NCBI GenBank assembly: GCA_963751345.1
Contig: CAVVUS010000049.1
Location: 32,001-96,000 of the forward strand
Reading direction: 5' to 3'
Length of the DNA stretch: 64,000 bases
From: an uncultured Chloroflexia bacterium
Lineage (GTDB): Bacteria > Chloroflexota > Anaerolineae > B4-G1 > SLSP01
Positions 53,203 to 64,000 of the stretch are shown piece by piece. Numbering within the stretch: position 1 is the stretch's first letter; every line of letters starts with the position of its first letter. Both the position numbers and the translations under genes were made by a program. The notes beneath the pieces were generated by a model. The model did not search any database. It saw only the letters and a list, made by a program, of their open reading frames with translations, and was not told the DNA's origin.

Positions 53203-54171
53203 ATGATGACCTCTTCCTGTTACATCGCCGTCGACTTGGGGGGCACCCAGATCCGGGCCGCGCGCTACTCGGAGGCTCGGGAAATGGAGTCGCGCGTTGC
53301 CGTTGACACCAATGCGCACGAAGGTTTCGATGCGGTCTTTGGCCGTGTGATCTCGTCGATCCGGAGAGTGTGGCCTGCTGAGGAGTCGGCGCGCGTTGCG
53401 GCCATAGGACTTGGTGCACCAGGCCCTCTCAACTTCAAGCAGGGCGTCCTTCGCTTCGCCCCTAATCTTCCCGGATGGGTCAACGTGCCGTTGCAGGAGA
53501 TGTTGGCTGACAGGTTTCACGTGCCGGCCTTTGTGGGGAATGATGCCGATGTCGCGGCGCTCGCGGAGCACCGCTTCGGCGCAGGCGTAGGTGTCGCAGA
53601 CCTGCTCTACATGACGATCAGCACCGGCATCGGTGGGGGCATGGTCTTCAACAATCGACTGTTCACAGGTGGGCAGGGGCTTGGCGGCGAGGTCGGCCAT
53701 ATGGCAATTGACCCGCGCGGTCCGAAGTGCTCCTGTGGCAACGTGGGTTGCCTTGAGGTCCTTGCCTCGGGCACTGCGATTGCCAGGCGGGCACGCGAGC
53801 GGTTGGGCAGTGGTGAGGCGTCAATCCTTCACGATTGGGCTGAAGGTGACGTCTCCACAATCACAGCGAAGGATGTGTCTCGGGCCGGAAAACAGGGCGA
53901 TGCCCTGGCCATTTCTGTCTTCCGGGAGGCCGGCACGTATATCGGCTCGACGCTGGTCAGTCTCATGTATCTGCTCAACCCGGAGCTCTTCATCCTGGGG
54001 GGAAGCGTCACGTTGGCCGACGATCTTATCTTCGATCCCATCTACGAGACCGTCAACTCGCGTGCACCGAAGGTATATCGAGAGAAGACCCGGATTGTGA
54101 AGGCGCAGTTGGGCGGGGACGTTGGACTCTGGGGGGCCCTAGCACTCTGTCTGATGGAGCTGGGAACCTGA
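53203..54171 (+). CDS. ROK family glucokinase
   Basis: VDLGGT, GNDAD.AALAE, STGIGGG, GEVGH, CSCGNVGCLE. Confidence 0.92.
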   Translation: MMTSSCYIAVDLGGTQIRAARYSEAREMESRVAVDTNAHEGFDAVFGRVISSIRRVWPAEESARVAAIGLGAPGPLNFKQGVLRFAPNLPGWVNVPLQEMLADRFHVPAFVGNDADVAALAEHRFGAGVGVADLLYMTISTGIGGGMVFNNRLFTGGQGLGGEVGHMAIDPRGPKCSCGNVGCLEVLASGTAIARRARERLGSGEASILHDWAEGDVSTITAKDVSRAGKQGDALAISVFREAGTYIGSTLVSLMYLLNPELFILGGSVTLADDLIFDPIYETVNSRAPKVYREKTRIVKAQLGGDVGLWGALALCLMELGT

Positions 54172-54230
54172 GCCGATCCCCGGGATCTACCGGCCGTGTG
54201 CGTATCAACGGCGGGCATAATGTGGGGTGA

Positions 54231-56046
54231 ATGGCAATGTCACGCATACTGATCGTACTGGTGGCTGTAGAGCTCGTCGCGGTGATGTTCGTGGGTTGGC
54301 TGCTTGGCCCCGGCCTGGACGAACGATTTATCCCCGGTGTCTGGGTCTGGAACGTCTCGTTGGGTGGTATGACGATGGATCAGGCTGCGGGTAGCCTTGG
54401 GAGTGCGCTCCCACTGCACCAGCCCGGCATCGTTCTTCTCGGTCCGGAAGGACAGAGGTGGTCGTTCTCCCCGGCGGAGGTCGGCATGTCTGTCGACGTC
54501 CCAGCGACCCTGGCAAAGGCTTTTGCGCTGGGGCGTGGGGGCAATGGCACCACCGCCACGCTGTCCGAGCGGCTCACGCTTATGCTCGACGGCAGTCGGG
54601 TCTCCCCCGTCTTGAGCTGGAACGAGGAGATTGCCACGCGCGCCTTGGAAGGCATCGCTTCGGAACTGGAACGCCCCACCCAGGACGCTGCGGTCCGCCT
54701 CGATGGGGCACAGGTCGTTCTGCTGCCGGGCAGTGTTGGCAGGCGGGTCGAGATCACGCCGACGCTCAACGCCATCATGCCTCACCTCTTCGCCCTGGAG
54801 CCGACGGAGACCGTCGTGCCGGTGACTGACGTTGCCCCGGCTATAAGTGATGCTCAGGCCCAACAGGCGCTCAGTATGGCCGAGCAGATCCTGGAGACGC
54901 CCCTGATCTTGCTCGTCCCCACGCCGGGCGAGGGCGACCCTGGTCCGTGGAACATAGCGCCGGATATCCTTTCGAAGATGCTGACGATCCACATCAGTGG
55001 CGATGGGGTCAGCGTGACGTTGGACCAGGCGGCGCTGGCTCAGACCCTGGGCCCACTGGCGCTCGCGCTCTATCGGGAGCCGGTGGACGCTCAGTTCCAG
55101 TTCGATATGGACACTATCAGCCTCAGCGTTGTCACTCCGAGTGTGACCGGACGTGAGGTCGACGTCGCATCCTCGGTCACGCGCATCAATGAGATGCTAC
55201 AGGCGGGCGAGCACATGGTGCCCCTGGTCGTGAACGAGATACCACCGGAGGTCGGGGATGACATTACGGCCGAGGACCTGGGCATCCGTGAGCTCGTTGC
55301 CGAGGGCGAGTCATATTTCACGGGTTCGTCCTCCGCGCGTGACAGGAACATCCGGTTGGGTGCCTCAAGGTTCGACGGCGTCCTCGTCGCGCCGGGTGAG
55401 ACCTTCTCGTTCAACGAGTACCTCGGCGAGGTGACCGCGGACGCGGGTTACGACGAATCGTACGTGATCATCGGCAACCGCACGGTTCCCGGGGTGGGGG
55501 GCGGCATCTGCCAGGTGGCAACCACGGCCTTCCGGGCCGCGTTCTTCGGGGGGTACCCTATTGTGGAGCGGTGGCCTCATGCCTACCGCGTCAGCTACTA
55601 TGAGATTGGCGGGTTCGGTCCGGGGTTCGACGCAACCATCTACTCGCCGTTGGTGGACTTCCGTTTCGAGAATGACACTCCTTACCACATCCTGATCCAC
55701 ACCGAGGTGGACACCGCGAACTCTCGCCTGCGATTCCTCTTCTACAGCACGAAGGATGGGAGAACGGTCGAGCAGATCGGTCCGGAGTGGGGAGATCCGA
55801 TCCCCTCGGGTGCCCCTGTCTACGAGTATGACGCCTCCATGGCGTCGGGTACTGCGGTGAAGATCGAGAGTGCCCACGATGGGTTGGATGCGACGCTAGG
55901 GCGCGTCGTGCGCGATGCGGAGGGCAACGTACTCTCTCAGGATGAGTTCGTCAGCCACTTCATCCCATGGTCCGGCGCGATACACGTTCGGCCCGGGATA
56001 TACGCCGCCGGCTGGCGCGGAGGTGACGGGCACGCCAGAGCCGTGA
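54231..56046 (+). CDS. VanW family protein with PG_binding_4-like repeats; 3' frameshift
   Basis: PGETFSFN, GGGICQVATT, ERWPH, DATI, DFRFENDT. Confidence 0.88.
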
Positions 56047-56078
56047 GCAACGCCGTACATCACACAAAGCAACAAAGA

Positions 56079-56115
56079 ACAGGCTCCCCGGCACAAGACG
56101 TGCCGGGGAGCCTGT
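56079..56115. terminator. Terminator hairpin between convergent genes
   Basis: ACAGGCTCCCCGGCAC-AAGAC-GTGCCGGGGAGCCTGT 16-bp stem; U-rich tail on the minus strand. Confidence 0.8.
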
Positions 56116-56147
56116 CTATCTCCACTGAGGCTTGCTGTAGAGGAAAC

Positions 56148-57288
56148 CTAGATCTGCTGGTAGCTGCCCAACTGGTCGCCTTGCTTGACCCAGGATTGCA
56201 GCTCGAAGTTTACCTTCTGGACGAAGCTATTGGGTGGGAGGCTGGCGCCCTGCGCGTACTCTAGTTCGTTGATACGAGCCTTGATGCGCAGCACACTGGT
56301 CTCCAGGATGATCTCCACGCCGGGTCGCATCATAACGACCTCGCCCTTCGGCTCCAGCTTGGCCCTCAGGTCGGGGTCATTGAATGCGTACTCACTTGCG
56401 AGCACCTTGGTCACGGTCCGGATGTCGCTCTTGTCGAAGAGCCAGGCCTCAAAGGCTGCGACCTTTTTGGGATCCCCCGCTCCGAGTGTCTCAGAGATGC
56501 CAATTCCGCACTCGCCCAGGAAGTCTGGCCCAATCTCAATGCTGAACGAGGGGTCGAAATAATCATCGCCCAGCACGTAAGGTGTGTTGAACGACTTGAC
56601 GGGCTGGTCTCCCTCAAGTTCTCCGTAATCCAGCCCGGCTGTGGGCGCGACTGCTGTTGTAGCAGCCGTGGCGGGCTCGACAGAGCCTCTGCCGCGCCGG
56701 CCGGCGATCACATACCAACCTACACCGATGGCTCCCACGACGAGCAGCGCTACGGCTGCTACACCAACGACCCGCAGCACTTTGGCCAGTGGTGTCGCTG
56801 CGGCAGCTGGCACCACTCCCTCGCCGGTGGCGGGGACCTCCCCGGGTACCACGGCACCCGGATTCTGCGCCATGATCTGTTGGAGCCCCGTCAGCGCGGG
56901 TAGATACGGGCTCGAGCTGATAGGTCGGTGCTTTGTCGACGGCAACCTGGAGGTCCTGTTCCAGCAGGCCATCCTGGGCCACCCAGGGGACGCTGTTGGA
57001 CTTGGGGAGGTCGAGCCCGAGCCGGTTCTGCAGGAGCTGCAGATCACCGGTCCGGTAGAACTCGTCCGCACTCTGGGCCAGGTAGGCTGAACGCCAATCC
57101 TCGCGCAGTTGGGAAGGCATGGCGTTGGTCCACTTGACGGGGAAGATGCCCCATCCCAGGACGAACCACCCGATGAAGATGCCGATGACCAGACCGATGA
57201 GTGCCTTGTACCGATCCCAGATGGGTTGGAGCTTGACCATCACCTGGGCAAAGGCGGTGAAGACCTTGGCCAGTAGCGTGTCGAACAT
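56148..57288 (-). CDS. Two-TM membrane protein of unknown function; frameshift near 56900
   Basis: IGWFVLGWGIFPVKWTNA.P..LR N-domain; second TM; FDPSFSIE..GECGIGISE..AWLFDK C-domain; AGGAGG RBS. Confidence 0.7.
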
Positions 57289-57485
57289 AGGTTAATCCCT
57301 CCTGGCTTAGATGGGATGTGTCTCTGACTAGACTATAACAAGATTACCATATATCCGGTACATTTGCAAGCTTATGCTACTCTACACGAGCCGATTTTAT
57401 GTGCAAATCGACACGACCAACAATGCAGGATGTATCCCTCGGACCAGACCGGGGCACGCTGCCGATTCTCCCACGCCCCGGATTC

Positions 57486-57513
57486 TTGACCACCCCATGC
57501 GGAACGGTATAAT
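57486..57513 (+). promoter_or_regulatory. Putative sigma70 promoter
   Basis: TTGACC-16 nt-TATAAT just upstream of ATG 57531. Confidence 0.6.
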
Positions 57514-57530
57514 CGCTGCGGGAAACGCGG

Positions 57531-59042
57531 ATGATCGAATGGCAGACACTGGTCCAGGACCTCTTCGAGGGTAGCGTCTTACGATGGCTGCTCTTCAGCC
57601 GGCGACGTTGGTATCTGCTGGCTGCGGCGTTGCTGCTCCTGCTCATCCTGTCGCTCGCCGGCGGTTGGCTCATTGCCGAGGTCGGCCCTCTGGTCGTCGG
57701 CATCCTCGTGGCCGGTCTCATCTATATGGTCTGGATGCTGGCCGATCTGGAGATTGCGTATTTGGGCGTGATCGGTGTCATCACCCTACTGCCCTTCGGG
57801 TCGTTGCCATTCAGCATCGGCTTTACCCCTACCTTCCTCGATCTGGCGTTGCTTGGGCTTTTCGTTGCTTGGGCAGCTACGTTCCTGCTGGGTGAGGAAC
57901 AGAGGTTGATCACAACGCCGCTCGGCGGGCCGGTACTTGTGTTTGCGCTACTGGCGATCGTCGCGTTTGTGGCCGGCCTGGCCAACGGTGCGCTGACGAG
58001 CTATCTGGTGCGTCACTTTGTGGAGATACTGCTCAGTATCGCACTCTTCTACCTCGTCGTGAACACGGTGCGTGACGTCGGACGCCTCGGCAGGTTGATG
58101 CGCTGGCTTATCCTGGGCGCGTCCGCTGCTGCTCTCATCGGCATCGTGCTGTACTTCATCCCGGAGACGACGACAATTCGTATATTATCGGCGCTTGGGC
58201 GCTTCGGCTATCCGACCGGCCAGGGCGTAATCTGGCATATCCGTGACGACCCCGAGCTGATGAAGCGGGCCACATCGACGTCGGTTCACCCGAATGTCCT
58301 GGGCAGCTTGCTGAACTTCGGGCTGGCAATGCTGATCCCTCAGTTGATCTCGCGACGCCATCTCTTTCCGCCGCTGGTAGGCTGGGCACTGGCCGGCATT
58401 CTTGGCGTCGGCTTGATCCTGACAGTCTCACGCAGCGCTATGGTGGGTGTTGGCGTGGCCGTCATTGTCATCAGTGCGATGCGTTACCGCGGCCTGCTCC
58501 CCATCATCGCCGTGGCCGGGCTGCTCTTTCTGGTATTGCCGTGGTCGCAGGGGCTTGTCAACCACTTCATGGAGGGTTTCCAGCTCAAGGATCTCTCCAC
58601 CGAGATGCGTCTGGGCGAGTACAAGGATACTTTCACGCTGATCCAGCGCTATCCCTTCCTTGGTGTGGGCTTTGCCGGCGCGCCTGATATCGACATCTAC
58701 GTGGCCGTGGCGAGCCTCTATCTGATCGTGGCTGCCCAGATGGGCCTGGTTGGTCTGGCCGCATTTCTGGTGGTGCTCGGCGTGCTGCTCTGGCGATTCT
58801 GGCAGCACCGGAACGCTGCACGAGGGGTGCCGGAGCTCGAGTCCCTCTGGTATGGCGTTCACGCAGCCATCATCGGCGGCGTCATCAGTGGTATCTTCGA
58901 TCACTTCTTCTTCAGCCTGGACTTTCACAATTCGGTCACGCTTTTCTGGCTCATTGTCGGGTTGGCGACAGCAGCGACCCAGTTGGTGATCGAACAGGAC
59001 GCGGAATTGGGCGATCGGCTCCCCCTGCCGCTGATTCCGTGA
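57531..59042 (+). CDS. O-antigen ligase/Wzy_C family membrane protein
   Basis: RATSTSVHPNVLG, LTVSRSA, YPFLGVG, QMGLVG; polytopic. Confidence 0.82.
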   Translation: MIEWQTLVQDLFEGSVLRWLLFSRRRWYLLAAALLLLLILSLAGGWLIAEVGPLVVGILVAGLIYMVWMLADLEIAYLGVIGVITLLPFGSLPFSIGFTPTFLDLALLGLFVAWAATFLLGEEQRLITTPLGGPVLVFALLAIVAFVAGLANGALTSYLVRHFVEILLSIALFYLVVNTVRDVGRLGRLMRWLILGASAAALIGIVLYFIPETTTIRILSALGRFGYPTGQGVIWHIRDDPELMKRATSTSVHPNVLGSLLNFGLAMLIPQLISRRHLFPPLVGWALAGILGVGLILTVSRSAMVGVGVAVIVISAMRYRGLLPIIAVAGLLFLVLPWSQGLVNHFMEGFQLKDLSTEMRLGEYKDTFTLIQRYPFLGVGFAGAPDIDIYVAVASLYLIVAAQMGLVGLAAFLVVLGVLLWRFWQHRNAARGVPELESLWYGVHAAIIGGVISGIFDHFFFSLDFHNSVTLFWLIVGLATAATQLVIEQDAELGDRLPLPLIP

Positions 59043-59117
59043 GCTTGTGTTAGATTTCGCTTCGGGTATACTTCGGTCATCTGACGTCTTTCACGCTGAT
59101 CTCTCAGGAGGCCCTCA

Positions 59118-60236
59118 ATGAGACTCTCTTGCCTTCAGGAAAACCTCTCCAAGGGACTGGGCATCGCCGGGCGAGCTGTGCCTTCCCGGACCACTATGCC
59201 TATCCTCGGAAACATCCTCCTGGCGACCGATCACGGTCAGCTGAAGCTGGCGGCGACCAATATGGAATTGAGTATCGTGCATTGGGTTGGTGCCCGCGTT
59301 GAGACCGAGGGTGAGGTCACCGTGCCTGCGCGCAACTTCATAGATCTCATGAACACCCTGCCCCCTGACCAGGTGAATCTGACGCTTGATGAATCGACGC
59401 TTACTCTGGGGCTCAGTTGCGGTTCGGTGAAGGCCAGCTTCCGAGGCATCTCTGCCGACGAATTCCCCTTGGTGCCGGAACCCGATGGCGAAAACGCCTT
59501 CTTGGTGGAGGCCGGAGAGCTCAGGACGGGGCTGGAGCAGGTGACGTTTGCTGCTTCCACGGATGAGAGCCATCCTGTACTGACCGGCGTGCTGGCCGAG
59601 TTTGAGGGTGAGACGATGACCTTGGGGGCGGCAGACGGCTTTCGTCTATCGCTTCGAGAGATTCCGCTCGTCGACGCGGTCCCCTCGGCTTTCAACGTTA
59701 TCATCCCGGCGCGTGCATTGCAGGAGCTGATGCGCATCATCAGCGGGCTCGAGGAGCCGGTGCGCATCTCGACCACGCGTCCGCACAACCAGGTGCTTTT
59801 CCAGATGCCGGACACGGTCCTGAACTCGCAGCTTATCGACGGTAGTTTTCCCGATGTGCGCCGCATCATTCCTGCGTCCTCAAAGACCAAGGTCGTGATT
59901 GGGCGTGAGGAGATCCTGCAAGCATGCAAACGAGCGGCGATCTTCGCGCGGGATGTGGCCAACATCATCAGCTTGCGCATCGACGAGGGCGAACTGACGG
60001 TTGCTGCGGACTCCGCCGAGTCCGGGCAGGGGTCGACGCGATTGGCCGCCAGCGTTGAAGGCCCTGGACTCGAGATTGCGTTCAACGTGCGTTTCCTGAT
60101 CGATGTCTTCTCCGCATTGGACACGCCGCAGGTAGCATTGGAGCTTAACTCGCCAACCAATCCCGGGGTGGTGCGAGCGGTCGGCGACGACGCATTCATC
60201 CACGTTGTCATGCCCATGCACCTCGGGCATCGTTAG
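59118..60236 (+). CDS. dnaN: DNA polymerase III beta sliding clamp
   Basis: PILGNILL, ATNMEL, DEFP, AADGFRLS, LIDGSFPD, IAFN, VVMPM. Confidence 0.97.
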   Translation: MRLSCLQENLSKGLGIAGRAVPSRTTMPILGNILLATDHGQLKLAATNMELSIVHWVGARVETEGEVTVPARNFIDLMNTLPPDQVNLTLDESTLTLGLSCGSVKASFRGISADEFPLVPEPDGENAFLVEAGELRTGLEQVTFAASTDESHPVLTGVLAEFEGETMTLGAADGFRLSLREIPLVDAVPSAFNVIIPARALQELMRIISGLEEPVRISTTRPHNQVLFQMPDTVLNSQLIDGSFPDVRRIIPASSKTKVVIGREEILQACKRAAIFARDVANIISLRIDEGELTVAADSAESGQGSTRLAASVEGPGLEIAFNVRFLIDVFSALDTPQVALELNSPTNPGVVRAVGDDAFIHVVMPMHLGHR

Positions 60237-60379
60237 TCGATCACAGGTCTCTGGCTTCCTCTCTACACGAAGCCAGCGCCGTATGCACGCCAGGCTGGAG
60301 GTGGGACGTCAACCTTATGACGTTTCGTCTCCAGCCTCCTTTTCATATAGGTAACCTTTGATACGCATTGGAAAAGCAG

Positions 60380-62794
60380 ATGACAAATGACAAGACCATA
60401 CCGACGATCCCGGAACTGGCACCCGAGCGCCTGCGCCGGACCTGCAAGGCCTCGGATCTCGCTTTTGAGGTGACGGATGACCTGCCCTTCGAGCCCGGTA
60501 TTATTGGTCAGGCTCGGGCCGTTGACGCGGTTCATTTCGGACTCGACATTCGCAGTCCCGGTTTCAATGTCTTTGTGATGGGCCCTACAGGGTCGGGCCG
60601 GCGCTCGATCATCAAACGCATCGTGGAGGCGAAAGCCGCGGATGAGCCCGTTCCCGACGACTGGCTGTACGTCACGTCGTTTGCTCAGCCCGACAAGCCA
60701 CGTGCCATTCGCCTGCCCCCGGGGCGTGGCCGCCAACTTCGTGCCAGCATGGAGCGGTTTAGCACCGGTCTTCCCGAACGTCTTCAGCAGGCGTTTGATA
60801 CCGACCGCTATGCCAGTGCCCGGGAGGAGATGGAGCAGCAGTACCGGGGCCTGGAGCGCCAGGCTCTGGCGTCCGTCGAAGCTGCCTGTCGTGAACGAAA
60901 CTGTGTGCTCGTGCGCTCTCCCTCTGGTCTCTACATTGCCCCCGTGGGCAATGGCGAATTGCTGTCGCCTGAAGCGATCAGCCAGCTCAATGCCGAGGAG
61001 CAGGAACGTATCCAGCAGGACCTCGATTATCTGGATGACCTTCTCGATGATGAAATGCGGCATCTGCGCGACCATGAGAGGCGGGTGCAGGCTGACATCG
61101 ACAAGCTTGATCGCGAGGTGGCCGATTTCACCCTTGGGCCGCTTCTCGATGAACTGCGGGTCGCCTATGCCGATCAGCCGGCAGTTCAGACGTACATTGA
61201 GGAGGTCCGGGACGATATCCTCTCTAACATTCCGCAGTTCCGGATTGGGGATGCGGCAAGGGGCGATACGGAAGGTGCATCGCTCCTTGAAGTTCCCGTC
61301 AACAAGCGCTATCGGGTCAACCTGTTTGTCGACAACAGCGAACTCCAGGGTGCTCCGGTCATCTCCGTTGAGCGGCCCTCCGCCCAGCGGCTGCTGGGCG
61401 CCGTTGAGTACGATGTGAGATATGGCGTTAGCGTTACGGATCATACGTTGGTGCGGGCGGGAGCGCTCCACCGCGCAAACGGCGGATATCTGATCGTCGA
61501 TGCCACGGCATTGTTGGAGGAGTACGAGGGGTGGACGGGGCTCAAGCTCGCCCTCTCGGAGAAGATGGTCCGCGTTGAATCCCCCGATGGGCATCGTCTG
61601 GTCAGGACGGTCACTCCCAGTCCCCAGCCGATCCCTCTGGAGATCAAGGTCGTCCTGATCGGTCTGCCGGACGTCTTTTACGCCCTCTATGAGCTGGATG
61701 AGGACTTCGCCAAGTTCTTCAAGGTCCAGGTCGATTTCCAGACCGAGGTGGATCGGACGACGGAGACCGAGCGTGCTTACGTTCGCTTCATCCGGACGCT
61801 CTGTCAGGAGGAGAGCCTGCTGCCGTTCACCGCGGAGGCGGCAGCCAGGGTCGTGGAGTTCGGATCGAGGTGGGTAGATGACCAGGATCGCCTCAGTGCC
61901 CAGTTTGGCCACGTTGCGGATCTGGTGCGTGAGGCCGACTACTGGGCGCGCCAGGCCGAGCAGGAGGTCGTCCGTCGTGAGGATGTCCTGACCGCGCTCA
62001 AGCAGCAACAGCAGCGCGTGGGATTGCTGGAAGAGATCTCGCTTCGCGAGATCCTTGAGAACCGGCTCATCGTGCGGACAGATGGGGCCCTGGTAGGTCA
62101 GGTCAACGCGCTGACCGTCGTCAGCTACGGGAGCAGCAGCTACGGCGTGCCAAGCCGGGTGACGGCCCGTGCCTATGTCGGGCGCGGCAGTGTGATCGAC
62201 ATCCATCGCGAGATCGATCTCGGCGGGCCAATCCACACAAAGGGTGTGCTCACGCTGATGGGCTACTTTGGTGGACAGTATGGTACTTCCAGGGCCCTGT
62301 CGATGGAGGCAAGCCTCAGCTTTGAGCAGGTCTACGGCGACATCGAGGGAGATAGCGCGTCGTGCGCCGAGCTCTACGCGCTCATCTCAGCAGTCTCGGG
62401 CATCCCACTGCGCCAAGATCTGGCCGTGACCGGGGCAGTGGATCAGTACGGCATCGTTATGGCGATTGGCGGCGTGAATGAGAAGATCGAGGGCTTTTTC
62501 GAGGTCTGCAAGGCACGGGGGCTGACCGGTACCCAAGGGGTCATCATCCCCCACGCGAACGTTAAGAGCTTGATGCTGGAGGAAGATGTGATCTCCGCCG
62601 TACGCGACGGGCAGTTCCACATTTATCCCGTCTTGACGGTCGACGAAGGTCTCTCGCTGTTGACAGGGGAGCCGGTCGGAGAGCCCGATGATCTCGGCAA
62701 ATTCCCACCCAACTCAATACACAGCAAGGTTGCCGCCCAACTCGCGGCCTTCGCACGAAGTGAGGATGACGAGTCTGAGTCCGACGAGGATTGA
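60380..62794 (+). CDS. LonC-like (AAA_32 plus Lon_C) protease
   Basis: IIGQARA, GALHRANGGYL, FEQVY..IEGDSAS (Ser), GGVNEKIEGFF (Lys). Confidence 0.9.
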   Translation: MTNDKTIPTIPELAPERLRRTCKASDLAFEVTDDLPFEPGIIGQARAVDAVHFGLDIRSPGFNVFVMGPTGSGRRSIIKRIVEAKAADEPVPDDWLYVTSFAQPDKPRAIRLPPGRGRQLRASMERFSTGLPERLQQAFDTDRYASAREEMEQQYRGLERQALASVEAACRERNCVLVRSPSGLYIAPVGNGELLSPEAISQLNAEEQERIQQDLDYLDDLLDDEMRHLRDHERRVQADIDKLDREVADFTLGPLLDELRVAYADQPAVQTYIEEVRDDILSNIPQFRIGDAARGDTEGASLLEVPVNKRYRVNLFVDNSELQGAPVISVERPSAQRLLGAVEYDVRYGVSVTDHTLVRAGALHRANGGYLIVDATALLEEYEGWTGLKLALSEKMVRVESPDGHRLVRTVTPSPQPIPLEIKVVLIGLPDVFYALYELDEDFAKFFKVQVDFQTEVDRTTETERAYVRFIRTLCQEESLLPFTAEAAARVVEFGSRWVDDQDRLSAQFGHVADLVREADYWARQAEQEVVRREDVLTALKQQQQRVGLLEEISLREILENRLIVRTDGALVGQVNALTVVSYGSSSYGVPSRVTARAYVGRGSVIDIHREIDLGGPIHTKGVLTLMGYFGGQYGTSRALSMEASLSFEQVYGDIEGDSASCAELYALISAVSGIPLRQDLAVTGAVDQYGIVMAIGGVNEKIEGFFEVCKARGLTGTQGVIIPHANVKSLMLEEDVISAVRDGQFHIYPVLTVDEGLSLLTGEPVGEPDDLGKFPPNSIHSKVAAQLAAFARSEDDESESDED

Positions 62795-62811
62795 GCGGTC
62801 TGGCCTCAGGC

Positions 62812-63237
62812 TCAGGCCGACCGAATCTCGACGCCCCTGATGGTGTAGTAGAAGGCGAGGGATTCGTTCATCCCGTCGCGGATCCTGCGGCGGATCTGGT
62901 CCATCACATCAATAAAGACCGAAGTCTCGTCCGCGCGGGGACATATCACGCCGAGCCGTGCCTTTGTGCCGGAGTTGTCGATACCCCACTGTCCCTCGAA
63001 TCGGCGGCAGAAGGTCTCCCCCAGGAAGGCGCACCATACGGTCTCGATCTCTTGCGATGGGTTGGGGAACTGCCGAATGTGGCGATCAATCCACTCATCG
63101 AGGGTCTGCAGCCCCACGGCGTTGTAGTCGACGTCAACGCCTGCGTAGCGCGAGATGCTGAGCTTGGCCCGATCAGCCAGGTCCGTCAGTTGGCGGGATT
63201 TCTGTGGCGGAATGAACTGGACGGCTCGCTTCGTCAT
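62812..63237 (-). CDS. Small hypothetical protein (DUF3806-like)
   Basis: 141-aa ORF with RBS; LQTLDEWI..AFLGETF..GQW pattern. Confidence 0.55.
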   Translation of the reverse strand: MTKRAVQFIPPQKSRQLTDLADRAKLSISRYAGVDVDYNAVGLQTLDEWIDRHIRQFPNPSQEIETVWCAFLGETFCRRFEGQWGIDNSGTKARLGVICPRADETSVFIDVMDQIRRRIRDGMNESLAFYYTIRGVEIRSA

Positions 63238-63511
63238 ACTGGCCTCTCACTCTGGGTGCTTATAAGCATTATAGCATGACCCGCCTCACGGCACAACAGA
63301 GGCTTCTGCCTTCTAACCCCGCTAAGACCAGGGACACGCCACATTGGCCAGACGCCTCGGGCTCGGCAAATGCCTGCGCGGGCGGGTGCGCTTGCACGAG
63401 TAGGTGCCATCCTAGCCTCCGCAGAGAGAGTACGGTGCCCGAGTGGGCTTTGCCAGGCGACCCTTTGTGACTATAATCTGGCTACGCTAGAATCCAGGAG
63501 TCATTTGATCT

Positions 63512-64000
63512 ATGGAAATCGCTTGGTACGGGCTGGGCTGCTTCCGACTCAGCGAACGTGGTTGTCCCACCATCGTGACCGATCCGTTCGAAGAAGCTTC
63601 GACAGGCCTGCACTTGCCCCGGGCCGGGGTAAGTGTGGTGACGTGGAGTCAGCTAATGGATGATCCCCATGAGGCTCATTGGCCCGGATTGCAGGGCGAG
63701 ATCCATACCGTTGCCAGCCCCGGGGAGTACGAGATCGGTGGGGTTTTCATCACCGGCATCGCATCGACCGGGCAGGCCGGGGCGGGCGCGGCACAAAACG
63801 TCATCTTTGCCATCAACTTTGAGGGCGTGGTCGTGTGTCATCTGGGCGCGTTGGGACAGTCGCTGACCCAGGCGCAGATTGAGCCTATCGGACGCGTCAA
63901 CGTGCTCCTTATGCCTGTGGGTCTCTCTGATGGCCTCACGATGACGATGGCTTCTGAGACCGTGAGCTTGATCGAGCCGGACATTGTCATTCCGATGCAG
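63512..64000 (+). CDS. MBL-fold metallo-hydrolase (Lactamase_B_3-like); frameshifted and 3' truncated
   Basis: MEIAWYGLGCFRL, IVTDPF, PGEYEIGGVFITG, VCHLG, VLLMPVG, IEPDIVIPM. Confidence 0.75.
   Translation, partial: MEIAWYGLGCFRLSERGCPTIVTDPFEEASTGLHLPRAGVSVVTWSQLMDDPHEAHWPGLQGEIHTVASPGEYEIGGVFITGIASTGQAGAGAAQNVIFAINFEGVVVCHLGALGQSLTQAQIEPIGRVNVLLMPVGLSDGLTMTMASETVSLIEPDIVIPMQ

Noticed and set aside
59118-60236. dnaN without adjacent dnaA or oriC
   Set aside because: No DnaA-box cluster seen; separation from dnaA occurs in several lineages and is not novel.
60578-60610. Degenerate Walker A (GPTGSGRRS) in the Lon-like protease
   Set aside because: Consistent with the already described ATPase-deficient LonC subfamily.
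775-62236. Many long antisense or overlapping ORFs (e.g. 775-1650, 5470-6846, 16169-17623, 59237-60217, 60263-62236)
   Set aside because: Shadow ORFs expected in high-GC DNA opposite well-supported genes; no recognisable motifs.
1718-64000. Widespread frameshifts suggesting mass pseudogenisation or programmed frameshifting
   Set aside because: They also hit housekeeping rnj, are single-base indels without accompanying decay, and each twin kinase shows the other's indel (extra base near 1871 and near 6535). Uncorrected long-read error is the most likely cause.

Overview
GC-rich bacterial chromosome segment. Gene content and style (DZR/FHA/kinase expansion, tandem LCPs, dnaN away from dnaA, Thr/Pro-rich linkers) suggest Chloroflexota, probably Anaerolineae; this is an inference. 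Many genes, including housekeeping rnj, carry single-base frameshifts that look like long-read errors, so several CDS limits are reconstructed. (1) About 1.7-28.4 kb: an almost entirely co-oriented phospho-Thr signalling and cell-surface cluster with three receptor Ser/Thr kinases (two share a near-identical kinase cassette but have different ectodomains), a pseudokinase-PP2C, five FHA domains, about 13 zinc-ribbon units, an Rv1747-like FHA-ABC exporter, a vWA-TM-FHA protein, a membrane S8 protease, and a lipoprotein that is a stand-alone copy of that protease's N-terminal (pro)domain. (2) 28.4-36 kb: a minus-strand sugar cluster with a GH43-GH3 fusion, a glycyl radical enzyme with an atypical GCNW Cys loop, its activase and a polyol dehydrogenase. 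(3) 36-43 kb: redox/stress genes next to tRNA-Glu. (4) 43.5-64 kb: core and envelope genes (rnj, GT4, two LCPs, GT-C, ROK kinase, VanW, O-antigen ligase-like, dnaN, LonC-like protease). No CRISPR array, integrase, transposase or reverse transcriptase was seen.
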